The notes under the pieces: generated by a model
Databases searched by the model: none
Told to the model about the DNA's origin: nothing
What the model saw: the letters and a program-made list of their open reading frames with translations, nothing else
Program-made: the position numbers and the translations under genes
Source of the DNA: Bacteroidales bacterium
GTDB taxonomy: Bacteria; Bacteroidota; Bacteroidia; Bacteroidales; UBA3824
DNA length: 64,000 nucleotides
Assembly: GCA_024413595.1 (NCBI GenBank)
Contig: JAKSUC010000011.1
Coordinates: 5,343 to 69,342, forward strand
Reading direction: 5' to 3'
Shown: one piece after another, positions 40,447 to 50,299 of the stretch
Layout of the letters: each line of letters begins with the position of its first letter
How positions within the stretch are numbered: position 1 is the first letter of the stretch

Positions 40447-41781
40447 ATGTTTGAAAGTTTAAGCGAAAAACTCGAGCAATCTTTTAAAAAGATTAAAGGA
40501 GATGGCAAATTAACCGAGATTAACGTTGTTGATGCTTTAAAAGAAGTACGTAGAGCATTGTTAGATGCAGACGTTAATTATGATATAGTAAAAGATTTTA
40601 CAAATAAAGTTAAAGAAAAAGCTTTAGGTTCTGAAGTTCAAGGTGATTTAAAACCTAATCAATTAATGATTAAACTTGTTCACGACGAGTTGATTACATT
40701 AATGGGAACTTCTGAAAGTGAAGTAAATTTAAAAGCTGATCCTGCTATTATTCTTATTGCAGGTTTACAAGGTAGTGGTAAAACCACTTTCTCTGGTAAA
40801 TTTGCTAACTTTGTTAAATCAAAAAAAGGTAAAAAACCTTTACTCGTTGCAGGTGACGTTTATCGTCCTGCGGCTATTGATCAGTTAAAAGTTTTGGCTG
40901 ACCAAATTCAAGTTCCTGTTTACACTCAAGATGGTGAAAAAAATCCTGTTAAAATTGCTAAAGACGCAATAAAACAGGCTAAACAAAATGGCAACGATGT
41001 TGTTATCATAGATACTGCTGGACGTTTGGCTGTTGATGAAGAGATGATGAACGAAATCTCTAATATCAAAAAAGAAACAAATCCTACAGAAATACTTTTT
41101 GTTGTTGACTCTATGACTGGTCAAGACGCAGTTAACACAGCAAAAGCTTTTAATGATCAATTAAATTTTGATGGTGTAGTTTTAACAAAATTAGATGGTG
41201 ATACACGTGGTGGTGCTGCGTTGTCTATTCGTTACACTGTTAATAAACCTATCAAATTTGTTTCTTCTGGTGAAAAAATTGACGCCTTAGATATCTTCTA
41301 TCCTGCTCGTATGGCTGATAGAATTTTAGGTATGGGTGATATTGTTTCTTTAGCAGAACGTTTACAAGCTCAATACGATGCCGAAGAAGCTGCAAAACTT
41401 CAAGCTAAAATTCGTAAAGATCAATTTAATTTCAACGATTTTCTTGCTCAAATTCAACAAATCAAGAAAATGGGTAATCTTAAAGATTTAGCTTCTATGA
41501 TACCAGGTGTTGGTAAGGCTATCAAAAATCTTGATATTAGTGACGATGCTTTTAAAGAAATTGAAGCTATCATTAAATCAATGACACCATTTGAACGTGA
41601 AAATCCTCAAGTAATTAATGGTTCTCGTCGTCGTAGAATTGCTGACGGTAGCGGAACTGACGTAGCTGTGGTTAATCGTTTATTAAAACAATTTGAAGAA
41701 ACCAGAAAAATGATGAAAATGTTAACTGGTGGAGGCGGAAGACGCTTAGCTGGTTTAATGTCTGGTTTTAGAAGAAGATAA
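40447..41781 (+). CDS. ffh: Signal recognition particle protein
   Basis: GLQGSGKTT, DVYRPAA, DTAGRL, TKLDGDTRGGAAL, RMADRILGMGD, Met-rich C-terminus; TACTTTTG promoter at 40402. Confidence 0.96.
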   Translation: MFESLSEKLEQSFKKIKGDGKLTEINVVDALKEVRRALLDADVNYDIVKDFTNKVKEKALGSEVQGDLKPNQLMIKLVHDELITLMGTSESEVNLKADPAIILIAGLQGSGKTTFSGKFANFVKSKKGKKPLLVAGDVYRPAAIDQLKVLADQIQVPVYTQDGEKNPVKIAKDAIKQAKQNGNDVVIIDTAGRLAVDEEMMNEISNIKKETNPTEILFVVDSMTGQDAVNTAKAFNDQLNFDGVVLTKLDGDTRGGAALSIRYTVNKPIKFVSSGEKIDALDIFYPARMADRILGMGDIVSLAERLQAQYDAEEAAKLQAKIRKDQFNFNDFLAQIQQIKKMGNLKDLASMIPGVGKAIKNLDISDDAFKEIEAIIKSMTPFERENPQVINGSRRRRIADGSGTDVAVVNRLLKQFEETRKMMKMLTGGGGRRLAGLMSGFRRR

Positions 41782-41857
41782 ATAAACATAAAAAAGAAAG
41801 TAGAAATTTATTTTTCTCCTTTCTTTTTTGTTTTTAAACAATATAAATATTTTTATT

Positions 41858-42721
41858 ATGACATTGATTGATGGTAAAAAAACTTCTTCTGAAATAAAAG
41901 CAGAAATTGCTGAAGAAGTAAAAAATATGATAGCATCTGGCAAAAAAGCACCTCATTTGGTTGCTGTTTTGGTTGGTCATGATGGTGGAAGCGAAACTTA
42001 TGTGGCTCACAAAATTAAATCGTGCGAAGAAGTTGGTTTTGTTTCTACTTTAATTAGATTTGAAGACAATGTTTCAGAAGAAGAACTACTTAAAACCGTT
42101 GATAAATTAAACAATGACGCAGATGTTGACGGTTTTATTGTTCAATTGCCTCTTCCAAAACATATAGATGAACAAAAAATAATAGAAGCAATAAATCCAA
42201 ACAAAGATGTTGATGGATTTCATCCTGTAAATTTGGGTCGTTTGGTTGCTGGACTTGACACTTTTGTATCTGCAACACCTGCTGGTATTGTTGATCTTTT
42301 AAAACGTTACAATATTGAAACAGCTGGTAAACATTGCGTAATTATTGGTAGAAGCAATATTGTGGGTCGTCCGTTGAGTATTCTTTTAAGTCAAAAAGGT
42401 ATAGATTGTACAGTTACAGTATGTCATTCAAAATCTGAAAACTTAAAAGAAATAACAAAAACTGCTGATATTCTTGTTGCAGCAATTGGACGTCCTGGTT
42501 TTGTTACTGGTGATATGGTTAAAGATGGTGTTACTGTTATTGATGTTGGAACAACACGTGTTAAATCTGATCAAACAAAATCTGGTTGGAAACTTAAAGG
42601 AGATGTCAATTTTGAAGAAGTTTCTCCAAAAGCATCTTTTATAACACCAGTTCCTGGTGGAGTTGGACCTATGACAATTTGTTCTCTTCTTAAAAACACA
42701 TTAAAAGCTGCTAAAAAATAG
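41858..42721 (+). CDS. folD: Methylenetetrahydrofolate dehydrogenase/cyclohydrolase
   Basis: [34 protein letters not shown]; ATG at 41858. Confidence 0.95.
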   Translation: MTLIDGKKTSSEIKAEIAEEVKNMIASGKKAPHLVAVLVGHDGGSETYVAHKIKSCEEVGFVSTLIRFEDNVSEEELLKTVDKLNNDADVDGFIVQLPLPKHIDEQKIIEAINPNKDVDGFHPVNLGRLVAGLDTFVSATPAGIVDLLKRYNIETAGKHCVIIGRSNIVGRPLSILLSQKGIDCTVTVCHSKSENLKEITKTADILVAAIGRPGFVTGDMVKDGVTVIDVGTTRVKSDQTKSGWKLKGDVNFEEVSPKASFITPVPGGVGPMTICSLLKNTLKAAKK

Positions 42722-42973
42722 TTTTTTAAGATAAATAGTAAATCTGAATTACAAATCCAGAACTTTAAGTTTCATAATATGAATTTGTAATTCGGATTTT
42801 TGGTATTATTTCAATCGATTTTATTAATAAAAAAAATTACTATTTTTGTATCTATTTAATATTGAAGTTTAAGTTTTGCAAGTTATAGAAAGCAATTTAC
42901 AAGATAATAAAGTTCTTCTAGGAATGGAAAATCATTGTTATTTCCTATCCTAAAAAAAACTTATTAAAATAAG

Positions 42974-43059
42974 TTGTGTAATTTTGTGAAAATTCAAGAT
43001 TTGAATATTTGTAATATTTATAATTGATACAATAATTATCTAAAAAATAATTAAAATGG
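42974..43059 (+). repeat. Duplicated promoter/5'-UTR, copy 1 (before the AAA-ATPase)
   Basis: 82 bp ungapped match (10 mismatches by manual count) to 44391-44472, both followed by ATGG; contains TAATTTTG. Confidence 0.88.
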
Positions 43060-44276
43060 ATACAAAAACTTATAGACGAAAACTACCACAAGGTTTATCA
43101 TCATTTGCAAAACTTCGCGAATTGAAATGTTTGTATGTTGATAAAACTGAAATAATATGGAATTTAGTAAATTGTGATAGTTATATCAACTATTTAAGTC
43201 GTCCACGAAGATTTGGAAAAACAATGCTTGTTGATACCTTACAATGCTATTTTGAAGGTCGTAAAGAATTGTTTGAAGGATTAAAAATCAATAATTACGA
43301 AAAAGAGTGGAAACAATATCCTGTAATCAGATTAGATATGTCGAATGCAGGTGCGTCTGCCGAATCTTTAAAATCTTTTTTTGATAGAGAATTTCAATAC
43401 TTAGAATCTAAATATGATATTACTATAAAAGAAACTGATAGTTTAACTGTTAGGTTTAATAGTATTATAAAAAAAGCATATCAAGACACCAAAAATAGAG
43501 TTGTTATTTTAATCGACGAATATGATTGTCCGTTACAACACTCTTGGCATACACCAGAACATGAAAAATGTACTGCAATTTATCGTGATGTTTTTGCAGT
43601 ATTGAAATCGGCTGACGCATACGAACGTTTTGTATTTATTACTGGAATCACTAAATTTACTCAAATATCATTGTTTTCAGTTCTTAACAATTTAAACAAT
43701 ATAAGTTTCTTGCCTAATTATGCTGAAATTTGTGGAATTAGTAAACAAGAATTATTAGATAATTTTCAACCTGAAATACAACTTCTTGCAAATAAATTTA
43801 AATGTAGTTACGATAATGCAGTATTAAAACTAAAGGAAAATTACGATGGTTATCATTTTAGTGATGAAAATATGACCGACATGTTTAATCCATTTAGTTT
43901 AATAAATGCTTTGGCAAATCAAAAAATTAGTAACTATTGGATAGCATCAGGAGCCACTTCTATGATTTATAAATTTGTAACTGATTTGGATATAAATATT
44001 GACAAATATGATAATTATTTGATAGAACGTGACACTTTAGAATCTTCTGATGTAAGTTGCGGTGATAACGGATTATTCCTTTATCAAACTGGGTATTTAA
44101 CCATTAAAAGCTTTGATGATGACGTTTTTATTTTAGGTTTTCCTAACAAAGAAGTTAGAAAAGCTTTATATAAATTTGTTTTGCCATCGTTAACAATGCG
44201 AGCTCAAAATATTGTTTCTTCTGAGCAAACACAATTGATTTATAATTTAAAACAAGCCAATATTCCAGAACATTAG
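43056..44276 (+). pseudogene. AAA-ATPase-like protein, C-terminally truncated (lacks the usual PD-(D/E)XK nuclease domain)
   Basis: LYVDKT, SRPRRFGKT, ILIDEYD, FITGITKF, YDGYHF, LYQTGYLTI, FPNKEVR, then stop at 406 aa. Confidence 0.7.
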
Positions 44277-44390
44277 CTCTTATATACTTATTATTAATAA
44301 AAATTTTTGGAGGTATTGTTAAGTAGCAAAATTCTAAATTACACTCTCAAAAAAAACTTTTACCTAAAAAAATCTTTATTAATAATAATA

Positions 44391-44476
44391 TTGTGTAATT
44401 TTGTGAAAATTCAAGTTTTGAAAATTTGCAAAACATATAATTGACACAATAATTATCTAAAAATAAATAAAAATGG
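44391..44476 (+). promoter_or_regulatory. Duplicated promoter/5'-UTR, copy 2 (before ilvC)
   Basis: TAATTTTG at 44396-44403; paralogous to 42974-43059. Confidence 0.85.
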
Positions 44477-45516
44477 CAAAGATGAATTTTGGCGGAGTTA
44501 TAGAAAACGTTATGACCCGCGACGAATTTCCTTTGGAAAAAGCACGTGAAATTTTAAAAAACGAAACTATTGCAGTTATTGGTTATGGAGTTCAAGGTCC
44601 TGGTCAATCACAAAACCTTAGAGACAATGGTTTTAATGTTATTGTTGGACAACGTGCTGGAAAAACTTTTGACAAAGCAATAGCTGATGGTTGGCAACCT
44701 GGAGAAACTTTATTTAGCATTGAAGAAGCTTGTCAAAAAGGTTCTATTATAATGTGTCTATTGTCAGATGCAGCTGTAATGTCGGTTTGGCCTACATTAA
44801 AAAAATATTTAACCGCAGGAAAATCTTTATATTTTTCACATGGTTTTGCTATCACTTGGAACGATCGTACTGGTGTTGTTCCTCCAAAAGATATTGACGT
44901 TATTATGGTTGCGCCAAAAGGTTCAGGAACTTCTTTACGTACAATGTTTTTAGAAGGTCGTGGTTTAAACTCTTCTTACGCAGTTTATCAAGATTTCACT
45001 GGCAAAGCTCTTGAAAAAACTTTAGCTCTTGGTATTGGTATCGGTTCGGGATATTTGTTTGAAACCACATTCCAACGTGAAGCTACATCAGATTTAACAG
45101 GAGAACGTGGTTCTTTGATGGGTGCTATTCAAGGTTTATTGCTTGCTCAATACGAAGTTTTGCGTGAAAACGGACACTCTCCTTCTGAAGCTTTTAACGA
45201 AACTGTTGAAGAATTAACACAAAGTCTTGGTCCATTGTTTGCTAAAAACGGTATGGATTGGATGTACGCAAATTGTTCTACCACTGCTCAACGTGGGGCT
45301 TTAGATTGGATGGGGCCATTCCACGATGCTATTAAACCTGTGGTTCAAAAACTTTATGCTAGTGTTAAATGTGGTAACGAAGCTCAAATTTCTATTGACT
45401 CTAATAGCAAACCTAACTATCGTGAAGGTCTTGAAAAAGAATTAAAAGCACTTCGTGATAGTGAAATGTGGCAAACGGCTGTTACTGTTCGTAAACTTCG
45501 TCCTGAAAATAACTAA
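44473..45516 (+). CDS. ilvC: Ketol-acid reductoisomerase
   Basis: IAVIGYGVQGPGQSQNLRDNG, FSHGF, VAPKGSG, SDLTGERG, CSTTAQRGALDW. Confidence 0.95.
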   Translation: MAKMNFGGVIENVMTRDEFPLEKAREILKNETIAVIGYGVQGPGQSQNLRDNGFNVIVGQRAGKTFDKAIADGWQPGETLFSIEEACQKGSIIMCLLSDAAVMSVWPTLKKYLTAGKSLYFSHGFAITWNDRTGVVPPKDIDVIMVAPKGSGTSLRTMFLEGRGLNSSYAVYQDFTGKALEKTLALGIGIGSGYLFETTFQREATSDLTGERGSLMGAIQGLLLAQYEVLRENGHSPSEAFNETVEELTQSLGPLFAKNGMDWMYANCSTTAQRGALDWMGPFHDAIKPVVQKLYASVKCGNEAQISIDSNSKPNYREGLEKELKALRDSEMWQTAVTVRKLRPENN

Positions 45517-45539
45517 TTTTTAGTTTAGATATTTTTATT

Positions 45540-45575
45540 AGCGTTGATTTTCTTATAAAAGTCAACGCTTTTTTT
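45540..45575 (+). terminator. ilvC terminator
   Basis: AGCGTTGA(T)TTT..AAA(G)TCAACGCT plus T tract. Confidence 0.7.
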
Positions 45576-45581
45576 ATATAT

Positions 45582-45802
45582 TTATAATTTGTCATAGCCG
45601 CCATTGCTGATTATCGAAATGATTTCTTTGAGAGGAATCAAAGAAAAAATCTGAGAAAAGATTGTCTGTCCGAAATATTTGTAATTTTGCCCATAGTAAC
45701 ATGTTTTTGTTTAGCGACTGAAAGTTACCAAAAAAAAACGGGCTGCCTAATTATGGCAGCCTTATTTTTTATTCGATTTTTTATTTTTCTCGGACACTAA
45801 TA
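45582..45802 (-). mobile_element. IS4-family (DUF4372-type) insertion-sequence end remnant with a frameshifted transposase N-terminus
   Basis: Terminal repeat TATTAGTGTCCGAGA (rc of 45788-45802); ATG at 45694 gives MGKIT, then after a 1-nt frameshift KYFGQTIFSQIFSLIPLKEIISIISNGGYDKL*, resembling the GQ-x-IFSQI-x-x-LIP...YD start of DUF4372 transposases. Confidence 0.65.
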
Positions 45803-45882
45803 ATATTTTATCACTGTTATAAGTCAATTTTTTGATTATATTTGCGATAACTTTTTTTTATAACTTATTAATACTTATTTAA

Positions 45883-47514
45883 ATGAAAAAATTATTGATT
45901 TTAACACTAATTCTTTTTTTGACATTTAGTGTTTCTTTTGTTTATTCGCAAGGATATCGTAATCCTATTCTTCCGGGTTTTCATGCTGATCCAAGCGTAT
46001 GTCGCAATGGAGATGATTTTTACCTTGTAAATAGTACTTTCCAGTATTTTCCTGGAGTACCAGTGTTTCATAGCAAGGATTTAATTCATTGGGAACAAAT
46101 TGGCAATTGTTTATCACGACAATCACAATTAGACCTTTCTGGACTTTATAGTCAAGCAAATCCTGAACTTGGTTGGACAAATGGTGGAGTCTATGCCACT
46201 ACAATTCGTTGTCACAAAGGACGTTTCTATATGGTTACAACGGTTTTCCCTTCGCGACGTCATTTTTATGTTTGGACAGATAACCCAGCAGGTGAATGGT
46301 CTGAACCTATTGTTATAGACTTTGCTATAGGTAGTTGCGACCCAACACTCTATTTTGAGGACGACAAATGTTATTTTATTTGGAAAGAGGGCGATATAAA
46401 GATATGCGAAATTGATGTTGAAACAGGTAAACAATTAGGAGAGATTCATCACCTTGGAACAGGGCTTGGTGGACGTTATCCAGAAGGTCCGCATATTTAT
46501 AAGAAAGACGGTTATTATTATATGATGTTAGCCGAGGGTGGAACAGAGCAAGGTCATCAGGTAAATATTCTTCGCAGTCGCAGTCTCTTTGGACCATACG
46601 AGTCAAACCGCGCTAATCCTATACTCTCTCACTTTAATATGGAAATGCAGAATAGTGAGATTCAGGGTCTTGGACATGCCGATTTTGTTCAAGCACCTGA
46701 TTCTTCATGGTGGATGATATGCCTTGGATACCGTACAAGTGGATATCTTCTTCATGTTATGGGACGCGAAACATTCCTTGCTCCTGTCCGTTGGGACAAG
46801 AACGCTTGGCCTGTAGTAAATGGTAACGGTACACTTAGTATTGATATGCAGTGCGAGACATTACCTCAAGTATTAATGCCAACTGACCCTAAAAAAGAGG
46901 AGTTCAACTATGTAAAACGCGATACACCTGCCGATAGTTATCATTCGATAGGACTTCCTTGGGGCTGGCATGGTATAGGTAATCCTGACCTTAAATGTTA
47001 CTCGCTCACCGAGAGAAAAGGTTGGTTACGTTTGTATCCTAAATCAACAACACTTGATGAGGCAACATCGCCAACATTTGTTGCTCGTCGTCAAACTGAG
47101 AAGAAGTTTTCAGCTACCGTATTGTTAGATGCTTCAGAAATAAAAGAAGGAATGCAGACTGGAATAACAGCTTATGCAGCTCCACTAAATCATTATGATA
47201 TATTGGTGGAACGTAGAAATGGCAGTCTTTTGGTACGTCCTAATATTCGTCTTGGAGAACTTGCTCATTCTCAACAAGAAATTAAGTTGAACAACTCTAA
47301 AGTGTATCTCCGAATTGCTTCTGATGCTGTATATTATACTATGGAATATTCTATTGACGGCAAGAACTTTAAAACACTTGCTAAGATGGATTTTCGTTAT
47401 CTAAGTACAGAGGTGATAGGAGGGTTTACTGGCGTGATGTTAGGAGTGTTTGCTCAGGGCGACAGTAAGAACGGAGTTGCTGATTTTGATTGGATGGAAT
47501 ATATAACAGAATAA
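45883..47514 (+). CDS. GH43 beta-xylosidase / alpha-L-arabinofuranosidase
   Basis: Signal peptide; YRNPILPGFHADPSVCR, YPEGPHIYKKDGYYY, GHADFV; C-terminal GGFTGVMLG...ADFDW beta-sandwich. Confidence 0.92.
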   Translation: MKKLLILTLILFLTFSVSFVYSQGYRNPILPGFHADPSVCRNGDDFYLVNSTFQYFPGVPVFHSKDLIHWEQIGNCLSRQSQLDLSGLYSQANPELGWTNGGVYATTIRCHKGRFYMVTTVFPSRRHFYVWTDNPAGEWSEPIVIDFAIGSCDPTLYFEDDKCYFIWKEGDIKICEIDVETGKQLGEIHHLGTGLGGRYPEGPHIYKKDGYYYMMLAEGGTEQGHQVNILRSRSLFGPYESNRANPILSHFNMEMQNSEIQGLGHADFVQAPDSSWWMICLGYRTSGYLLHVMGRETFLAPVRWDKNAWPVVNGNGTLSIDMQCETLPQVLMPTDPKKEEFNYVKRDTPADSYHSIGLPWGWHGIGNPDLKCYSLTERKGWLRLYPKSTTLDEATSPTFVARRQTEKKFSATVLLDASEIKEGMQTGITAYAAPLNHYDILVERRNGSLLVRPNIRLGELAHSQQEIKLNNSKVYLRIASDAVYYTMEYSIDGKNFKTLAKMDFRYLSTEVIGGFTGVMLGVFAQGDSKNGVADFDWMEYITE

Positions 47515-47541
47515 TAGACATTAATACTTAAATATCACGTT

Positions 47542-50022
47542 ATGAAAATTAAATTTTATGCTTTGTGTGCATTTCTGACGGCATCATGTTTTGCCAATGC
47601 ACAAGTTGTTATAAATGTGGATGCCTTGCAGAAAGGTCCCGAGATTAGTCCTACTCATTACGGTATTTTCTATGAGGATATAAACCATGCTGCCGATGGT
47701 GGACTATATGCAGAACTTATTCGCAATCGTTCGTTTGAGGATGATTCCATGTTGCCAGATAATAGCGGAAAAATTAGTAATTGGAATGCTGTTGGAAAGG
47801 CTAACATTTCTCTAACTCAGAATAATCTTCTTAATAGTGTTCAGCATAATGCACTTGACCTAAAGTTGACAGCTTCTGGTGATGGTGTACAAAATGAGGG
47901 TTTTTGGGGAATGAATGTGGTTGCTGGTCAGAAATATCAACTCTCGTTTTTTGCCAAAAGTGACCAAGGTTTCAAGGGTACTCTAAATGCAAAACTTGTA
48001 TCAATACAGGGAAATGTGTTGGGCAGTGTAGCAATTAATGTGAAAGCGTCTGTAAAATGGCAAAAATATACCGCCACCATAACCGCTACGGGAAATGATC
48101 CCAAGGCACAATTTGCACTTATCACCGATAAAGCAGGACAACTTCAACTTGATGTGATAAGTCTTTTTCCTCCAACGTTTAAAAATCGTCCAAACGGAAT
48201 GCGTCCTGATTTAGCTCAGATGCTTGCAGATATGAATCCACGTTTTATGCGTTTCCCAGGTGGTTGTTTTGTAGAAGGACAGAATAGTCCTGACAATGCT
48301 TTTCGTTGGAAACGTACAATTGGACCTATTGAAGAACGCGAAGGTCACGCCAATATTAATTGGGGATACCGCACTTCTGACGGTATAGGTTTTCATGAGT
48401 ATTTGCAGTTGAGTGAAGATTTGGGTGCAAAACCGCTTTTTGTGGTAAATGTTGGTATTTGGCATGGTGGCTGCGACCCATACGACAAGATTGACAGTTG
48501 GATTCAAGAATGTTTAGATGCATTAGAATATGCCAATGGTGACGTATCAACTCCATACGGAAAATTAAGAGCCAAGAATGGTCATCCTGAACCTTTTGGA
48601 CTTGAGTATATCGAGATAGGTAACGAAAACTACAACTTTAATATGGATAATAATTCTGATCAATCTGATCATTATCCAGAACGCTATATTCAATTTTACA
48701 ATGCTATTAAGGCAAAATATCCAAACGTGAAATGTATTGGAGATGTAGAGGCGTGGAGTACCGACAATCCAACTTGGCGAAATAGCCATCCTGTAGATAT
48801 GGTTGACGAGCATTATTACAGAAATCCACGTTGGTTTGCCGAACGTTTTAACAAGTACGATAGTTATCCACGAAATCAGCACAAAGTTTATGTTGGAGAG
48901 TATGCCGTTACAAGTCAGTTTGGAGAAATTGGCAATCTTGATGCAGCACTTGGAGAGGCTGTATTTATGATGGGCATGGAAAACAATTCAGATGTTGTGG
49001 CAATGAACTCTTACGCTCCAATTTTTGTAAACGAAAACGATGCGCGTTGGCGTCCTGATATGATACGTTTCAACTCGTATCAAAATATGGGAACTCCTTC
49101 GTATTATATTCAGCAACTTTTTTCAAACAATATTGGCACAAGAGTTATTAAAACAGATTGTACTTGGAATTTGACTAACCCTCAGCCAAAGGTAGAAGCA
49201 CCAAAACCTGTTCAAGTAGGTGTGGCTTCATGGAATACAAACGTTCATTATCGCAATCCACAACTTATTGTTGATGGTAATTTTATTCCGATTGATGATT
49301 TCAACAAATGGGAGTCGATTAGTGGTAATTGGACTGTGGAAGATGGTCAGTATGTTCAACGTTCTAACAATATGCCTGCACTCAGCGTTTGTCCTCAGCA
49401 GATAAATTCTAAAAAGTATTCATATAAGATACAAGCTATGAAAGAATCTGGAAACGAAGGATTTATTCCAGTTGTAGGATATACCGATAAGCGAAACTAC
49501 GATTGGTACAACGTTGGAGGATGGAACAACACCTTAAAAAGTGTTGAGCAGACAACTGAAGGTAGCAAAGGACAAATTGCTAAAGATAAGCGTTTTAGAG
49601 TAGAGGATAACCGTTGGTATAATCTTCAAGTAGATGTTGATGGTGATAGCATTTTCTGTTATATGGAAGGTGAACTTGATTTTGCCTGCAAACGTCAGAA
49701 AGGTGGAATGTTAGAGGGCGTATATGCAACTACCACAATCGACGAGGCTCAAAAGATAATGTACGTGAAAGTAGTGAATATTGGAGATGGTAGTGCTTCT
49801 GGAACTATTAATCTAAAGAATTGTGAGGTTGATAAATCGTCTTCTTCAGCTGTAACCATTACAAGACTTGCTTCTGCCAAAAACACCGACGAAAACACAC
49901 TCGACAATCCAAAGGCAATTTTCCCACAAACAAGCGACATTTCCTCTGACGCGTCAAACAATGTTGTTAACTTCAATGTGATTCCTTTCTCTGCAAATAT
50001 TATCAAAATAAAATTGAAGTAA
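47542..50022 (+). CDS. GH51 alpha-L-arabinofuranosidase with extra beta-sandwich domains
   Basis: GIFYEDINHAADGGLYAELIRNRSFE, RFPGGCFVEG, IEIGNEN, DEHYY, VYVGEYA, SYAPIF. Confidence 0.92.
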   Translation: MKIKFYALCAFLTASCFANAQVVINVDALQKGPEISPTHYGIFYEDINHAADGGLYAELIRNRSFEDDSMLPDNSGKISNWNAVGKANISLTQNNLLNSVQHNALDLKLTASGDGVQNEGFWGMNVVAGQKYQLSFFAKSDQGFKGTLNAKLVSIQGNVLGSVAINVKASVKWQKYTATITATGNDPKAQFALITDKAGQLQLDVISLFPPTFKNRPNGMRPDLAQMLADMNPRFMRFPGGCFVEGQNSPDNAFRWKRTIGPIEEREGHANINWGYRTSDGIGFHEYLQLSEDLGAKPLFVVNVGIWHGGCDPYDKIDSWIQECLDALEYANGDVSTPYGKLRAKNGHPEPFGLEYIEIGNENYNFNMDNNSDQSDHYPERYIQFYNAIKAKYPNVKCIGDVEAWSTDNPTWRNSHPVDMVDEHYYRNPRWFAERFNKYDSYPRNQHKVYVGEYAVTSQFGEIGNLDAALGEAVFMMGMENNSDVVAMNSYAPIFVNENDARWRPDMIRFNSYQNMGTPSYYIQQLFSNNIGTRVIKTDCTWNLTNPQPKVEAPKPVQVGVASWNTNVHYRNPQLIVDGNFIPIDDFNKWESISGNWTVEDGQYVQRSNNMPALSVCPQQINSKKYSYKIQAMKESGNEGFIPVVGYTDKRNYDWYNVGGWNNTLKSVEQTTEGSKGQIAKDKRFRVEDNRWYNLQVDVDGDSIFCYMEGELDFACKRQKGGMLEGVYATTTIDEAQKIMYVKVVNIGDGSASGTINLKNCEVDKSSSSAVTITRLASAKNTDENTLDNPKAIFPQTSDISSDASNNVVNFNVIPFSANIIKIKLK

Positions 50023-50045
50023 ATAAACATAAATACTTTTTAATG

Positions 50046-50084
50046 TGAGTTCAACGAATTAATAATTATGGTTCGTTGAACTCA
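50046..50084 (+). terminator. Stem-loop after GH51
   Basis: TGAGTTCAACGAA...TTCGTTGAACTCA 13-bp inverted repeat (no clear T tract). Confidence 0.6.
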
Positions 50085-50100
50085 TGTTATAATTAAGAAT

Positions 50101-50249
50101 TATTACTGTCCGAGATAAATTCCAAAAACTTAATACGAAGGCTCTACAAATATCCGTAGAGTCTTTTTTTTGAATATTTAACGGATTATGTAAATATAAA
50201 GTTTATTTTTATCTGCGGGTCGAAAAAATTGTTTTCTCGGACACTAATA
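50101..50249. mobile_element. MITE-like non-autonomous element with 15-bp terminal inverted repeats related to the IS4 end at 45788-45802
   Basis: Left TATTACTGTCCGAGA versus rc of right end TATTAGTGTCCGAGA (14/15); right end TCTCGGACACTAATA identical to 45788-45802; internal hairpin at 50140-50163. Confidence 0.7.
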
Positions 50250-50299
50250 GTTTATAATCTAATTTTTATAGGCAAAAGTTATGTTATATATCATTTTAA

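Noticed and set aside
14855-45516. Shift from A-ending to T-ending codons as a replication origin or terminus signal
   Set aside because: The pattern appears patchy gene by gene; no dnaA, DnaA-box cluster or dif site recognised; cannot be quantified by eye
45696-45707. GTAACATGTTT as a second copy of the PUL operator upstream of GH43
   Set aside because: Only a partial match, and it lies in the IS remnant's transposase leader; likely coincidence
45666-45797. Second MITE with CTGTCCGAAA...TCTCGGACAC ends
   Set aside because: The left match falls inside the transposase-stub codons (FGQ) and flanking identity is poor; better explained as one IS end remnant
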